A stretch of 64,000 nt of DNA from Spirochaetia bacterium (lineage in GTDB: Bacteria; Spirochaetota; Spirochaetia; SZUA-6; Bin103). The notes below the pieces were generated by a model. The model was not told the DNA's origin and searched no databases. It worked only from the letters and a program-made list of their open reading frames with translations. The position numbers and the translations under genes are program-made. The stretch spans positions 4,448,001 through 4,512,000 of the forward strand of contig CBDBDQ010000005.1 of assembly GCA_965203905.1 (NCBI GenBank), given 5' to 3'. The stretch's first letter is position 1. Every line of letters begins with the position of its first letter. This document shows positions 62,454 to 64,000 of this stretch, piece by piece.

Positions 62454-63458
62454 CTAACTGACCACCTGCGCGATGCGCAGCAGGTCGAGCGGCGGGTAGA
62501 TGCCGAGCTGCAGCGCTACCGGCATGCGGATGAGCAGCGCGAACCGCGCCAGCGACGCCACCGGGATCTCCTCCGGCTGCTCACCGTCCACCAGGATCCG
62601 TTCCGCCTGCGCCCCCGCCAGCTTGCCGATCAGGTAGTAGCGGCTCACCAGCCCGAGCATCGCCTCGGAGCGCTCGAAGGTCGCCTCGGTGCCGGCGAAC
62701 ACCGGTATCCCGTGCGCGGCGGCAGCGGTGGTGATCCTGGAGCTGTTGACGGTAATGAACGAGTCCGGGCCCATGTAGATGAAGTCCACGCCGCGCGCGG
62801 CCAGGTCGTCGACCAGCTCGCCCAGGCGCCCGGCGTCGGGCCTGCCTTCCGCGTCGAGGGGCACCGGCAGCGCCGTGACTTCGATGCCGCGCGCCTCCGC
62901 GCCGGCGCGCAGGTCGTCGACGTTGATCTTCGAATTGGACTCCAGGGAGTTGTAGATCACGCCCAGCGAGTCGATCGACCGGTAGGCCAGGATGGCGTCC
63001 AGTTGGGAGTCTATCGGCGCCAGGAACGCGGTGCCGGTGAGTGGCCGTTCGGTGGACTCGAAGGTCGGCACGATCTTCGCCTGTATCGGATAGGCGACGA
63101 TCGAGAATACCCCCGGGATCCCCTCCACGTGGGCGCCCGGTTCGGCGTCTTCGAAGGGGCCGAAGATGCCGCGCGTGGCCGAGGTGCCGAAGGTGTGCAC
63201 CAGGTCGGGCTTGGCAGCGCGAATTTCGGCCACGATCTCCGGGATCCGGCTGCGGTCCTGGGCGATGTTGCGCAGGGTGTAGCGCACGTGGATGCCGCGT
63301 TCGCGCAGGTGTGCCCGGAAGCCGTGCTCGACGACGGTTTCGCCGCGCCAAACCACCAGGTAGATGTGGAACGGGTCGTCGGCGGTCTGGGCCGGTACGC
63401 TGCCGACGCCGACCACCATGAGTGCGGCCGTGAGGAAGCGAAGACCTCTGCGTGTCAT
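62454..63458 (-). CDS. ABC-type substrate-binding protein
   Basis: Signal peptide, PDLVHTFGT, LTGT, GVIYNSLESNS, ERILVDGEQPEEIPV. Confidence 0.75.
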   Translation of the reverse strand: MTRRGLRFLTAALMVVGVGSVPAQTADDPFHIYLVVWRGETVVEHGFRAHLRERGIHVRYTLRNIAQDRSRIPEIVAEIRAAKPDLVHTFGTSATRGIFGPFEDAEPGAHVEGIPGVFSIVAYPIQAKIVPTFESTERPLTGTAFLAPIDSQLDAILAYRSIDSLGVIYNSLESNSKINVDDLRAGAEARGIEVTALPVPLDAEGRPDAGRLGELVDDLAARGVDFIYMGPDSFITVNSSRITTAAAAHGIPVFAGTEATFERSEAMLGLVSRYYLIGKLAGAQAERILVDGEQPEEIPVASLARFALLIRMPVALQLGIYPPLDLLRIAQVVS

Positions 63459-64000
63459 GCCGCAGCCTCTTCGGGGGCCTGCGGCATGTTGAGCAGCGCG
63501 AAGGCGAGGGTACAGGCTATGACCAGCGCTCCCACCAGCAGCATTGCCTCGCCGTAGCCCACGAAGGTGACGACCGCGCCCACCACCACCGCGCCGGCGG
63601 CAGTGCCGATCCGCTCCAGGGTGCGGAACGAGCCGACGATTACACCCGGCCCGACGCCGAATTCGCGGCCGCGCTCGGCGATCTTCTGGATTGCCGCCAA
63701 CTGGGGCGCGGTCACCAGCGCGTACCCGCCGCCCATCAGCGCTACGGAAACCAGCAGTCCTCCGGTGGATCCGGCCAACGCCGGCAGCAGGCAGCCCAGC
63801 CCCACGACCAGCCCGCCCAGCGAGATCAACGCGCGCGGCCGTTGCAGGCGGTCGGAGTGGCGCGCGGCGAGTGGGGTGATGGTGACGCAGGCAATGCCGA
63901 ACACCATCATGATGCGGCCGACGTTGGACTGGGAGTTGCCCAGTTCTGCCAGGAACAGCGGGACCAGGTAGAAGAACAGGCCGCCGAGCACCAGCTTGGT
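63455..64000 (-). CDS. MFS transporter, C-terminal part (runs off the right edge)
   Basis: Multiple TM helices, ARHSDRL loop motif, ERIGTAAG. Confidence 0.8.
   Translation of the reverse strand, partial: TKLVLGGLFFYLVPLFLAELGNSQSNVGRIMMVFGIACVTITPLAARHSDRLQRPRALISLGGLVVGLGCLLPALAGSTGGLLVSVALMGGGYALVTAPQLAAIQKIAERGREFGVGPGVIVGSFRTLERIGTAAGAVVVGAVVTFVGYGEAMLLVGALVIACTLAFALLNMPQAPEEAAA

Overview
GC-rich (roughly 68-70% by eye) chromosome segment from a diderm bacterium (TolC gene present). Left part: a sulfatase, a divergent ARPP-1/NrtR pair with two NrtR boxes, a DUF433/PIN toxin-antitoxin pair, an M16C protease and a complete 2,591-bp IS66-family element (17-bp TIRs, 8-bp TSD, DUF4338 passenger) sitting at the stop codon of an ABC-ATPase/DUF4276 pair. 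Housekeeping genes follow (hpt, leuB, proS, ftsI-like, guaB, DAHP synthase). Centre: a minus-strand type I-G (I-U) CRISPR-Cas locus, cas3-csx17-csb1-csb2-[cargo]-cas4/1-cas2, with an array of about 88 repeats (hand count). Top findings: (1) a degenerate mini-CRISPR upstream of cas3 whose single spacer matches the predicted cas promoter behind a TTA PAM, a candidate RNA-guided autoregulation or toxin-antitoxin circuit; (2) a 484-bp gene-containing giant spacer at the array trailer; (3) possible scars of a deleted type III module after csb2. Right part: HAD protein, SulP transporter, Rieske/cytochrome b/octaheme HAO-like operon, CPA2-CBS antiporter, GPP34 protein, PP2C sensor phosphatase, substrate-binding protein and a partial MFS gene. 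All family calls come from motif recognition; no database searches were run.
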